Sequence record: SRR31156797_24930
Direction: 5' to 3' (one strand)
Length of the DNA stretch: 33,175 nucleotides
Shown here: piece after piece, positions 20,177 through 27,863 of the stretch
How the letters are laid out: every line of letters starts with the position of its first letter
Numbering within the stretch: position 1 is the first letter of the stretch
The notes under the pieces: generated by a model
Seen by the model: the letters and a program-made list of their open reading frames with translations, nothing else
The model's database searches: none
What the model was told of the DNA's origin: nothing
Position numbers and translations under genes: made by a program

Positions 20177-20189
20177 TAAGTCGTTGTTT
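20177..20189 (-). promoter_or_regulatory. IHF site candidate (hcp promoter)
   Basis: Minus strand AAACAA-CGAC-TTA versus WATCAA-N4-TTR, between enhancer and promoter. Confidence 0.5.
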
Positions 20190-20227
20190 TTATTGGTTAT
20201 TTCTGTTTTTATAGTTGTGCATGTGTT

Positions 20228-20259
20228 GTATAAATAACATCGGGTGTGGTTGAATTAAC
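20228..20259. promoter_or_regulatory. Two NorR boxes (GT-N7-AC) upstream of hcp
   Basis: GT-ATAAATA-AC at 20228-20238 and GT-TGAATTA-AC at 20249-20259, 21 bp apart, AT-rich cores. Confidence 0.72.
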
Positions 20260-20273
20260 AACGTCGATGTAAT

Positions 20274-21857
20274 TTACTTCTGAGTTTCAGTAACTTTTAC
20301 CCCTAGCTTTTTGCCCATTTTGAACAAATTGCCGCGATCCATTTTTAGAAATTGTGCGGCTTGCGCCCATATACCATTATTTATCTGCAGTGCGTGCTCA
20401 ATCAGTTGTTTTTGGAATGCTTCTACTGCAACGCGCATTGGCAACGGGTTATTAGGTAGTGATATTGAGCCGGATCGGTCTGTTGTTTGTTCTCCTGAAT
20501 TTTGAGACAGGTCAAAATCATTGATAAAGTGAATAGGCTCAATCATTTCTGAATGACTCTGCATTGCGTGTAATCCAGCCCGCATTAAGGTGTGTTCCAG
20601 TTCGCGCACATTACCTAGCCAGGATTGTTTCTCAAGCAATTTCATAGCATTGGGGTGAATGTGTAATGTTTTGAGATGAAACTGACGGCGAATATTATCC
20701 AGTATGTGGCCAACTAATACGGGTATATCTCCTTCACGAGTTCGCAGTGGTGGCACCTGGATAGGGAACACATTTAAGCGATGAAAAAGGTCAGAGCGAA
20801 AACGTCCATCATGGACTTCTCGATCCAAGTCTCGGTTTGTCGCTGCAATGATTCGGACATCCACGATATGGTTCTTATCGGCACCGACACGTTGGACTTC
20901 GCCTTGCTGAATCACGCGAAGTAGTTTGGCTTGCAGCAGCAGTGGTAGCTCACCAATTTCATCTAGAAATATCGTCCCTTCGTCAGCCAGTTCAAATTTT
21001 CCTGCGCGCGAAGAGTTTGCTCCAGTAAAAGCGCCTTTTACATGTCCAAACAGCTCACTTTCAGCGATTGATTCGGGAAGAGCAGCACAATTGACGTACA
21101 CCATAGGTTTATCGTTACGTAAACTTTGACCATGGATCTGATGTGCAACCACTTCTTTCCCCGTTCCAGTCTCTCCACTGATGAGCACTGCGTAGTTAGA
21201 GCGAGCAACCATTTCGATGTTGGCGGATAGACGTTGCATTTGTGGGCTAATACCAACCAGTTCACCACCTTTGTTCCGAGCTTCATCTATGAGAAGTTGG
21301 TTGACGGTCCGCTGTTGTTGATTGGCTTTTTTTAACGCTTCAAACAGGCTGATGTTACGAATAATTCCAGCAGCTAAAGCGGCGAACGTTTCGATGGTTT
21401 TGTCTGGAATATCGTTAAAAGCACCGGGTTTTTCGGCATCCAGCGTCAGAGCTCCCACTAGGTTGTCGCCAACGTATAAACTACAGCCCATACACGAGTG
21501 AACATCGATTTTATGGTGGATGTCTTCACTTAATAATCCATCAAAAGGATCAGGCAAACTTGAGCTTTCTGGGAATCGTACCGGCTTGCGATTCGCTAGG
21601 ATCATGGCGAGTCTTGGATGAAAGTCTGGTACAAAACGTCTGCCAAATACTTCGGAAGACAAACCGTTCATTGCAACTGGCATTAAGTTCTGATCTTTAT
21701 CAAGTGTAAACAGCGCACTGGCATCGCATGGCAGTACTTGTTGCAGGGCATCAATGAGTTTTTGGTAGTGATCGGTTGAGGGTTCACCCATATTTAGTTC
21801 AACAGCAATGTTTAAAAGTACCTGTTCGACCGAAGGTTGTGTGTGTTGTTTGTTCAT
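20274..21857 (-). CDS. norR: NO-responsive sigma54-dependent activator
   Basis: GAF domain with [17 protein letters not shown] and GALTLDA (non-haem iron ligand motifs); [31 protein letters not shown]-terminal Fis-type HTH. Confidence 0.94.
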   Translation of the reverse strand: MNKQHTQPSVEQVLLNIAVELNMGEPSTDHYQKLIDALQQVLPCDASALFTLDKDQNLMPVAMNGLSSEVFGRRFVPDFHPRLAMILANRKPVRFPESSSLPDPFDGLLSEDIHHKIDVHSCMGCSLYVGDNLVGALTLDAEKPGAFNDIPDKTIETFAALAAGIIRNISLFEALKKANQQQRTVNQLLIDEARNKGGELVGISPQMQRLSANIEMVARSNYAVLISGETGTGKEVVAHQIHGQSLRNDKPMVYVNCAALPESIAESELFGHVKGAFTGANSSRAGKFELADEGTIFLDEIGELPLLLQAKLLRVIQQGEVQRVGADKNHIVDVRIIAATNRDLDREVHDGRFRSDLFHRLNVFPIQVPPLRTREGDIPVLVGHILDNIRRQFHLKTLHIHPNAMKLLEKQSWLGNVRELEHTLMRAGLHAMQSHSEMIEPIHFINDFDLSQNSGEQTTDRSGSISLPNNPLPMRVAVEAFQKQLIEHALQINNGIWAQAAQFLKMDRGNLFKMGKKLGVKVTETQK

Positions 21858-21905
21858 CAGACTGCGTGATTGAGTTCATTGATGGTCTAATGATGTAATT
21901 AATAC
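21852..21905. promoter_or_regulatory. NorR boxes in the norR/nnrS divergent region
   Basis: GAT-GT-AATTAAT-AC-AAC (core 21895-21905) and a weaker GT-TCATCAG-AC (21852-21862) overlapping the norR start codon. Confidence 0.65.
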
Positions 21906-21943
21906 AACAACCTTGTCAACGAGTATTTACGAATATCTAATAA

Positions 21944-21977
21944 AATCAGTATGTTAATTTTGGCACGGTTTGTGTAA
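21944..21977 (+). promoter_or_regulatory. IHF site and sigma54 promoter of nnrS
   Basis: AATCAG-TATG-TTA (21944-21956), then TTGGCACGGTTTGTGTAA: perfect -24 TGGCACG, with GT in place of GC at -12. Confidence 0.7.
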
Positions 21978-22023
21978 TAGCTAATGATAGTTATCTATAT
22001 GTCTGGTTAGGAATCGATTATTT

Positions 22024-23226
22024 ATGCTCAACATCACCGACAAGAGTGTCGAAGATAAAATCTTACCTATTTTACGCTTAGGTTTTAGACCTTTTTTTCT
22101 ATTGGGCAGTGTTTACTCTGTTATCGCGATTGGGATTTGGGTTTACGCATTTCAACATGGGCAACCAGCTCAGTTACAGGTACCGGCGTTATGGTGGCAC
22201 GTACATGAAATGTTTTTCGGTTTTGCAATGGCTATCGTGGCGGGGTTTCTGCTAACGGCGGTTCAAAACTGGACAGGAGTAAACGGTACTAAGAACAAAT
22301 GGCTCGCGGTACTTGTGTTGTTATGGACATTACCGAGAGTGCTGTTGTGGACAGAAACGCCACTGTGGCTAACCTCTTCCATTGAAGCGGTGTTTTTGGC
22401 ACTCGTCGCTTATGAAATATCGATTCGAGTAGTGAAAGCGAAAGGCTATCGTAATCTAATCTTTTTACCATTTTTTGTTTTAGCCATTGTTGCTAACTAT
22501 GCCAGCTACGCGACGATTAAGGGCATGCCGCCTTTTCCTTCGATCGCGGTTTGGCAGGCGATGTTGTGGTGGTTTGTATTACTTATTTCGATTATGGGCG
22601 GAAGAGTGATTCCATTTTTCACAGCACGTCGTTTCAACTTTGCAAAGCCCAAGACGATGTTTTGGTTGGATGCTGCTGCCAATTTCCCTCTGGTGCTGTT
22701 ATTCGCTGTGAGCTTTTTTCCATTAACTGATATGCAGATCAGCCCAACAATTATGTTGTTTGCTGCAGTCATGCAATTGGTGCGTTGGTTGCGTTGGAAA
22801 CCTTGGGCGACTTTTAAAGAACCTTTAGTGTGGTCTTTGCATTTTACTTATGCCTGTATTCCCTTGGGACTGTTTATAAAAGCGTTAGCCAGTTTAAGTA
22901 TTATTTCTAACGGTCCATTTGTATCTCACAACATGTTGCATGTGATTGCTATTGGTGCGATTGGTGGACTGATCTTAGCGATGATCTCTCGTGTGACCAT
23001 GGGGCATACCGGTCGCATGATTTATCAGGGGCCGAGTATGTGGCTTGCATTTTCAGCGGTGATACTCGCTGCTCTGGTTCGTGGTTTAGGTGTTGCTTTT
23101 TGGCCACAGCAAATGGTGCTGATGGTGAATATTGCCGCTGCGCTTTGGATCGTGGCATTCAGTTTATTCGTCCTGAAATTTGGTGTCATGCTTGTTCGCC
23201 CGCGAGCGGACGGTCACCCTGGATAA
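22024..23226 (+). CDS. nnrS: NnrS membrane protein (NO tolerance)
   Basis: LGFRPFFL, WH-x-HEM-x-FGF, GFLLTAV-x-NWTG, GGRVIPFFT, M-x-x-RV-x-x-GHTGR and terminal PR-x-DG-x-PG motifs. Confidence 0.95.
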   Translation: MLNITDKSVEDKILPILRLGFRPFFLLGSVYSVIAIGIWVYAFQHGQPAQLQVPALWWHVHEMFFGFAMAIVAGFLLTAVQNWTGVNGTKNKWLAVLVLLWTLPRVLLWTETPLWLTSSIEAVFLALVAYEISIRVVKAKGYRNLIFLPFFVLAIVANYASYATIKGMPPFPSIAVWQAMLWWFVLLISIMGGRVIPFFTARRFNFAKPKTMFWLDAAANFPLVLLFAVSFFPLTDMQISPTIMLFAAVMQLVRWLRWKPWATFKEPLVWSLHFTYACIPLGLFIKALASLSIISNGPFVSHNMLHVIAIGAIGGLILAMISRVTMGHTGRMIYQGPSMWLAFSAVILAALVRGLGVAFWPQQMVLMVNIAAALWIVAFSLFVLKFGVMLVRPRADGHPG

Positions 23227-23239
23227 CTCTAATCAACCC

Positions 23240-23310
23240 ACAAACGTTCATTGCTATTAGTGCTGCTCAACAAATCATAGACCTATGTGGCTAATGGTTT
23301 GAACGTTTGT
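23240..23310. repeat. Long imperfect inverted repeat / structured RNA between nnrS and the hmp remnant
   Basis: ACAAACGTTCA...TGAACGTTTGT outer arms; GCTATTAGT/GCTAATGGT inner arms; CATAG-AC-CTATG internal hairpin. Confidence 0.55.
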
Positions 23311-23353
23311 ATTTCAATAAATAACAAAAAAGAAATTACATAGGAAATATCAA

Positions 23354-23520
23354 ATGAAAGAAAGTCAAAAGTCATTAGTGTTAGCGACCGTGCCAGTTTT
23401 GCGAGAGAGCGGTGTGGCCCTAAGGGCTTTATGTCTCACTACATCAGTCAGCTACGTGATCTAGGTGTACCAAGTGAGCAAGTGTATGCGGAGGCATTTG
23501 GTTCTGGCGGCGTCGCTTAA
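23354..23520 (+). pseudogene. hmp: Flavohaemoglobin (NO dioxygenase) remnant with a large internal deletion
   Basis: AGGAAA RBS, then MKESQKSLVLATVPVLRESGVAL (globin helix A/B start), fused out of frame to CGPKGFMSHYISQLRDLGVPSEQVYAEAFGSGGVA* (C-terminus of the NAD-binding domain). Followed by a terminator. Confidence 0.85.
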
Positions 23521-23529
23521 ATTAATTAA

Positions 23530-23562
23530 AAGCGGCATCGACACTTTTGTTTGATGCCGCTT
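23530..23562. terminator. Terminator between the hmp remnant and the convergent tetR
   Basis: AAGCGGCATCGA...TTGATGCCGCTT stem preceded by an A tract. Confidence 0.75.
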
Positions 23563-23564
23563 GG

Positions 23565-24152
23565 CTATTTAGTATTGATGTTCTCATTGGACGGTTGTTG
23601 CAGAGAGTTATAGATAATCATCGACATATCAAGGCATTGAGATACTACGTTATCGCTTCCACTCATATAGGCGGTAGTAATAGCCCCTTCTTTTAACACA
23701 CAGATTGAATCGAGTAGCAGAGGATCTTGGTTGTTGAGGTGCTTCTGAATAAGTTGGCGCACCTGCTGTTTATGTTCATGACAGAATCGCGAGATCTCAC
23801 AGTTGGTATCACTGAACTCTGCGGATGTGTTGATGAAAAAACACCCTCTAAAATCTCCAAGTAAGGGTTCGGCACAGTTGAACCAACTTGCCAGAGCGCG
23901 AAACAGATTATCAATTAACTGCTGGTCAGAATTTGTACCTTGAAGTTTCGCTTCCAACCAATCGATAAAAACCTTATGTCGCTGTTTTAAAGCTGCTAAA
24001 ACTAAGGCTTCTTTACTATCAAAATCCGTATACAAGGTTCGTTTGGCAACGCCTGATGTCTTCAGTATTTCATTGATTCCAATAGAGTTAACCCCGTTTC
24101 GATAAAACAACGCTAACGCTGTGTCGATCAATAGCTGACGCTTCTTACTCAT
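23565..24152 (-). CDS. TetR/AcrR-family regulator (NemR-like, Cys-rich)
   Basis: A-x-x-LFY-x-x-G...GI-x-EI...SGVAK-x-TLY-x-x-F-x-SKE-x-L HTH; FRGCFFIN motif; six Cys residues. Confidence 0.9.
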   Translation of the reverse strand: MSKKRQLLIDTALALFYRNGVNSIGINEILKTSGVAKRTLYTDFDSKEALVLAALKQRHKVFIDWLEAKLQGTNSDQQLIDNLFRALASWFNCAEPLLGDFRGCFFINTSAEFSDTNCEISRFCHEHKQQVRQLIQKHLNNQDPLLLDSICVLKEGAITTAYMSGSDNVVSQCLDMSMIIYNSLQQPSNENINTK

Positions 24153-24187
24153 ATTCCCCCCTTTTTGAAAAACTATGTTGACACAAG

Positions 24188-24230
24188 TAGACCGACTTGT
24201 CTATTTTATAAAGGTAGACAGAGTGGTCTA
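24188..24230. promoter_or_regulatory. Two TetR operator palindromes (NemR-box-like) overlapping divergent promoters
   Basis: TAGACCGACTTGTCTA (24188-24203) and TAGACAGAGTGGTCTA (24215-24230); TTGACA at 24178-24183 and TATTTT at 24202-24207. Confidence 0.8.
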
Positions 24231-24251
24231 CTGATATTAAGGAGACGTTTT

Positions 24252-24713
24252 ATGAATCGAATGTTGTTATCCATCATTGCTGGGGTCGGTGCGAGCGTTG
24301 CTATCGGAGCATTGTCATTCTTTGACCATACTTTTTACGATATTGCGTTGCTGATGGCACCATTTGGCGCGACAACCGTTCTGGTGTTTGGCGTACCAGA
24401 TAGCCCTTTAGCTCAACCGAAAAACGTGATTTTAGGTCATCTACTTACCGCCTTTATTGGTGTGGTTTTTGTACAATTTATCGGTGTGTCGCCACTTTAT
24501 CTTGCTATGGCGACAGGTATTGCCGTGAGCTTAATGATGGTGACTAAAACGATACATCCGCCAGCAGGTGCTAATCCACTGCTCATTATGCTGGCCGGAC
24601 AAAGCTGGGATTTCTTGGTTACTCCAGTTCTCTTTGGGTCGGTAATAATTGTGTTGATTGGCAAAACAGTAGGACTGGTAAGAGAGCGGTGGATCTTGAA
24701 GTTTTCATCCTAA
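24252..24713 (+). CDS. HPP-family integral membrane protein
   Basis: LMAPFGAT-x-VL-x-F-x-x-P-x-SPLAQP-x-NV-x-x-GH and T-x-T-x-HPPAGA signature. AAGGAG RBS fits ATG 24252. Confidence 0.9.
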   Translation: MNRMLLSIIAGVGASVAIGALSFFDHTFYDIALLMAPFGATTVLVFGVPDSPLAQPKNVILGHLLTAFIGVVFVQFIGVSPLYLAMATGIAVSLMMVTKTIHPPAGANPLLIMLAGQSWDFLVTPVLFGSVIIVLIGKTVGLVRERWILKFSS

Positions 24714-24866
24714 CTTATGGTTGTTGCAGGTCGTTGTTTTGGAGTATCAATCCGCCTTATATCGATAAACATCAAAACATCCGTTTGTGTGCAATATCGT
24801 TCAATACCGTTTCTTTTCTATCGTTTATTTTGTTGAGTGATCAATAGGAGTACTTAAGGAAAGAAA

Positions 24867-25460
24867 ATGGAAAGTGTGTTTATTGCCATGGTTGTTTTTA
24901 CTTTCGTCGGCGCTGTAACACCGGGGCCTGTTAACATAGTGGCGACGTCAACCGCGGCTCAGTATGGTAAGCGGGTTGCTGTTATGCACGTGTTGGGGGC
25001 ATCAATTGCGTATGCTATCGTGGTTTTTATTACAGGTTCTGCCTTAAGTGGCTTCGCTGAATGGTTACCTAAGCTGGAACTTACGATGAAGTTCGCTGGT
25101 AGTGCTTTCTTATGCTTTTTAGCATATAAAGTATTTACAGCGCCCTTTGAGCAAATGGAAACGAAAGCGAATCAGCGAACAAGTTGGATTAATGGTGCAT
25201 TGATTCAGTTACTCAACCCCAAAGCTTGGCTCGTTGCGATGTCAGGTGTGAGCCTATTTGTGATCGGGCAAGGCGATCAGCAAGTATGGTTATGGGGATT
25301 TACGATGGTATCTTTGGTTGCTTGTATGATTGGTGTCGGGGTGTGGGCGATGATGGGAACAGTGCTCACCCAGTACCTACAATCTACGGACAAGCAACGG
25401 CAGTTTAATCGAATGATGGCTTTACTGTTATTAGCTTCAGTACTGATGATTTGGATGTAA
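24867..25460 (+). CDS. LysE/RhtB-family amino-acid exporter
   Basis: TPGP-x-N, G-x-x-FL-x-x-LA and Q-x-LNPKAW motifs; hydrophobic, about 200 aa. Confidence 0.88.
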   Translation: MESVFIAMVVFTFVGAVTPGPVNIVATSTAAQYGKRVAVMHVLGASIAYAIVVFITGSALSGFAEWLPKLELTMKFAGSAFLCFLAYKVFTAPFEQMETKANQRTSWINGALIQLLNPKAWLVAMSGVSLFVIGQGDQQVWLWGFTMVSLVACMIGVGVWAMMGTVLTQYLQSTDKQRQFNRMMALLLLASVLMIWM

Positions 25461-25473
25461 AAGGAATGTTTGA

Positions 25474-26301
25474 GTGAAAAAGGACAATAGCGCCAGCTTT
25501 AAGCAAAACTCTGTTCTTCCATGGATAGAGGTACGTGTCGCGAACAATAGTAATGCTTGCTACCAAGCGCACTCCCATGACGAGTTTTCTTTCGGCATCA
25601 TTCGTCAGGGCAATGCCACGTACAATAATCGGAACAAATCACACCTGATTGGCGTTGGCGATCTCGTTACGATTAATCCCGCAGATGTTCATTCGTGTAA
25701 TCCGGCGAGAAAGGTTTGGTCGTATAGCATGATGTTTGTTGATGCACTGAAAATAGGGCAGATGCAGCAGGAAATATTTGAGCAGGGCAGTCAGCGATTA
25801 ACGATGGATTACCAGCCATTTAGTGCAGATTATCAACGCAATGAGTTGATGAAATCGCAGTACTTGGCACTTTTTCAAGCTCTGGAAGGTGAATATTCGC
25901 GTTTGAATATTGAGACATGCGTATATAACTTTGTAGAGACGAGTTTTAGCCAGTTTGATTCCCAACTAAGCGAAAAGCCGATTCCATCGCTGTACCGTAT
26001 TAAAGAAAAATTGCTCGATGAAGTGACCGCAGATCACGCGCTTGAAAATTTGGCACAAGAGGCGGAGATGAGTCGCTATCAATTGCTTAGAAGTTTCAAA
26101 AATCAATATGGCTTGCCACCGTACGCCTATCTCATGGATGAAAAAATAAAACGTTCGAAGGTGTTACTGAAGTCTGGTAAATCATTAATAGAAATCGCAA
26201 ATGAGTTGGGGTTTGCAGATCAAGCGCACTTCCAACGACAGTTTAAAAAACGATTAGCCGTGACACCCAAGTATTACCAATCTCATTTTTTAACGGTTTA
26301 G
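25474..26301 (+). CDS. AraC-family transcriptional regulator
   Basis: N-terminal cupin HSHDEFS...INP-x-x-VH; C-terminal R-x-FK-x-x-YG-x-x-P and GFADQAHF-x-R-x-FK-x-x-x-x-x-TP-x-x-Y. GTG start. Confidence 0.9.
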   Translation: MKKDNSASFKQNSVLPWIEVRVANNSNACYQAHSHDEFSFGIIRQGNATYNNRNKSHLIGVGDLVTINPADVHSCNPARKVWSYSMMFVDALKIGQMQQEIFEQGSQRLTMDYQPFSADYQRNELMKSQYLALFQALEGEYSRLNIETCVYNFVETSFSQFDSQLSEKPIPSLYRIKEKLLDEVTADHALENLAQEAEMSRYQLLRSFKNQYGLPPYAYLMDEKIKRSKVLLKSGKSLIEIANELGFADQAHFQRQFKKRLAVTPKYYQSHFLTV

Positions 26302-26360
26302 TCATCGGTCGTTTCGAACCTCTGTTGGAGTGGCTATGTTGATTTAAATCTCGGATCTCT

Positions 26361-26594
26361 TTAGTCTCGCAACATCACGTCAAGTTGATCGACTAACTCA
26401 GCCCAGTCAGCATCTTGTTCTAACGCCTGTTTTAAAAAGTCAGACTGCGCTTTTGTCCAAAAGCTCGCTTCATATATCGCCGTTGTGCCCCGTTTGTTAC
26501 GATGATTTTCAATAAAATCTGAAATTTGTTGTGGAGAACTTCCTAACCCTAATTGCTCAAATAGGTCTGACATTTCGTGTTGTTGAACTTCCAT
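26361..26594 (-). CDS. DUF2789-family small protein
   Basis: LF-x-QLGL...I-x-x-FI-x-x-H...A-x-FW-x-x-x-Q-x-x-FL...DADW-x-x-x-VD-x-L pattern. Confidence 0.8.
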   Translation of the reverse strand: MEVQQHEMSDLFEQLGLGSSPQQISDFIENHRNKRGTTAIYEASFWTKAQSDFLKQALEQDADWAELVDQLDVMLRD

Positions 26595-26701
26595 TACTTT
26601 TCCCTATGTTTCTATAGACTTTGTTTAAGTATATACATCATGGAGAAAACTGTAGCGTCAGTGACAATTCAATAGGCCTATTTTCCTGCTTTAACACATA
26701 A

Positions 26702-26727
26702 ATAGGGCTCGTTAGAGCAAGCCCTAT
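26702..26727 (-). terminator. Terminator after the amino-acid binding protein gene
   Basis: Minus strand ATAGGGCTTG-CTCTAA-CGAGCCCTAT followed by TT. Confidence 0.6.
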
Positions 26728-26747
26728 CTAAGTTGATATAGGAGTGC

Positions 26748-27578
26748 TTATTGGATACTGTCGACCCATTTGTCGGATTTAAACCATTTGTCGTGAATTC
26801 TTTGGTATGTTCCATCTCCTTTAATTTGACGAAGGAAATTGTTTAAGAAGTTAAGGAAGTCCGGGTCTCCCTGGCGAACGGCCCAGCCGAGTGGCTCGAA
26901 TGTAAAACTTTTGTCTAGATGAATCACTTTATCGTTGTGTTGCGCTTCATACATAGCGTTATAAGGGAAATCATAGACAAAAGCATCTGCTTGACCATTG
27001 GCAATTTGCAACACAGCATCAGCGGATGTTTCGTAGAGTTCAATTTTAGCTCGTGATAGGTATTTCTTTGCCGCTTCTGCACCAGTTGTGCCCATTTGAG
27101 TGGCTACAATGTACGTTTCATCATTCAAATCGCGGAAAGAGTGAATTTTATCAGCAAGTTTAGGTGAAAGAAGAATTGTCTGACCTACCTCGATATAAGG
27201 GGCAGCAAAGTTAACGCTCATATTGCGCTCCGGCGTAATCGTCATGCCACCGATAAAGTCACATTTCCCAGTCTTTAACGCAGGGACGATACCATCCCAA
27301 GCGGTATTGACTGGTACAAATTTAACATTGATTGAACGAGCCATTTGTTTTGCGATATCAATATCGAATCCCACATAACGACCATTTTTATCGGTCATTT
27401 CAAATGGAATATAACCAGATTCAAAGCAGAATTTGAGTTCTCCGGAACTGAGAATTCCATTCAGTGTTGATTCTTCGGCTGTTGCACTTACTGACGCAAA
27501 GAGGGACAAAGCGGCAACTGAAGAAGCCAATACGCCACGAATTTGCTGTTTAAAAGGTTTTAACTTCATTTTATACAT
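26748..27578 (-). CDS. Polar amino-acid ABC transporter substrate-binding protein (orphan)
   Basis: Signal peptide ending SATA; Y-x-PFE, GFDID, WDG-x-x-PAL-x-x-GK-x-D, MTITPER and GTTG motifs. Start likely 27578 or 27569. Confidence 0.88.
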   Translation of the reverse strand: MYKMKLKPFKQQIRGVLASSVAALSLFASVSATAEESTLNGILSSGELKFCFESGYIPFEMTDKNGRYVGFDIDIAKQMARSINVKFVPVNTAWDGIVPALKTGKCDFIGGMTITPERNMSVNFAAPYIEVGQTILLSPKLADKIHSFRDLNDETYIVATQMGTTGAEAAKKYLSRAKIELYETSADAVLQIANGQADAFVYDFPYNAMYEAQHNDKVIHLDKSFTFEPLGWAVRQGDPDFLNFLNNFLRQIKGDGTYQRIHDKWFKSDKWVDSIQ

Positions 27579-27603
27579 CCACGTATTTTTATTTTTAGTA
27601 TTT

Positions 27604-27621
27604 GTTAATGTCGACATTAAC
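27604..27621. promoter_or_regulatory. Perfect 18-bp palindrome, operator candidate
   Basis: GTTAATGTC|GACATTAAC just upstream of the binding protein start. Confidence 0.55.
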
Positions 27622-27863
27622 GCGCATGGATAATGAAGGTTTTTCACTAATAATCAATATGTCATTCTTTATAACATATTCTAAATCTGAACAAGTGGGT
27701 CTGAGGGATCGGGGGAAATGTGTAAGAAAGATAAAAGAGTGATGAAATGTGGGGGTTATTAGGGAAGTGAAACTGGGTGTCTATTGAATTTGGCTGGCAT
27801 AGCAAGGAAGAACTTATCTATACCAACCTTTGTCAACGACGAATTCTTTTTCAATTAAGACCG

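Noticed and set aside
20266-20280. Third NorR box upstream of hcp (GATGTAATTTACTTC)
   Set aside because: Spacing is GT-N5-AC rather than N7; at most a degenerate half-site overlapping the norR stop.
23040-23294. 84-aa Cys-rich ORF overlapping the nnrS 3' end
   Set aside because: It is an alternative frame of a hydrophobic coding region; the Cys richness follows from TG-rich codons.
23354-23520. Programmed frameshift producing a functional mini-protein
   Set aside because: No slippery heptamer at the junction, and the product would lack the haem and FAD domains; a deletion scar explains it better.
24165-24251. Upstream TTG start for the HPP protein
   Set aside because: It runs through the promoter and operators; AAGGAG precedes ATG 24252.
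27579-27647. Extended N-terminus of the amino-acid binding protein
   Set aside because: It would bury the signal peptide and spans the palindrome; a later ATG fits better.
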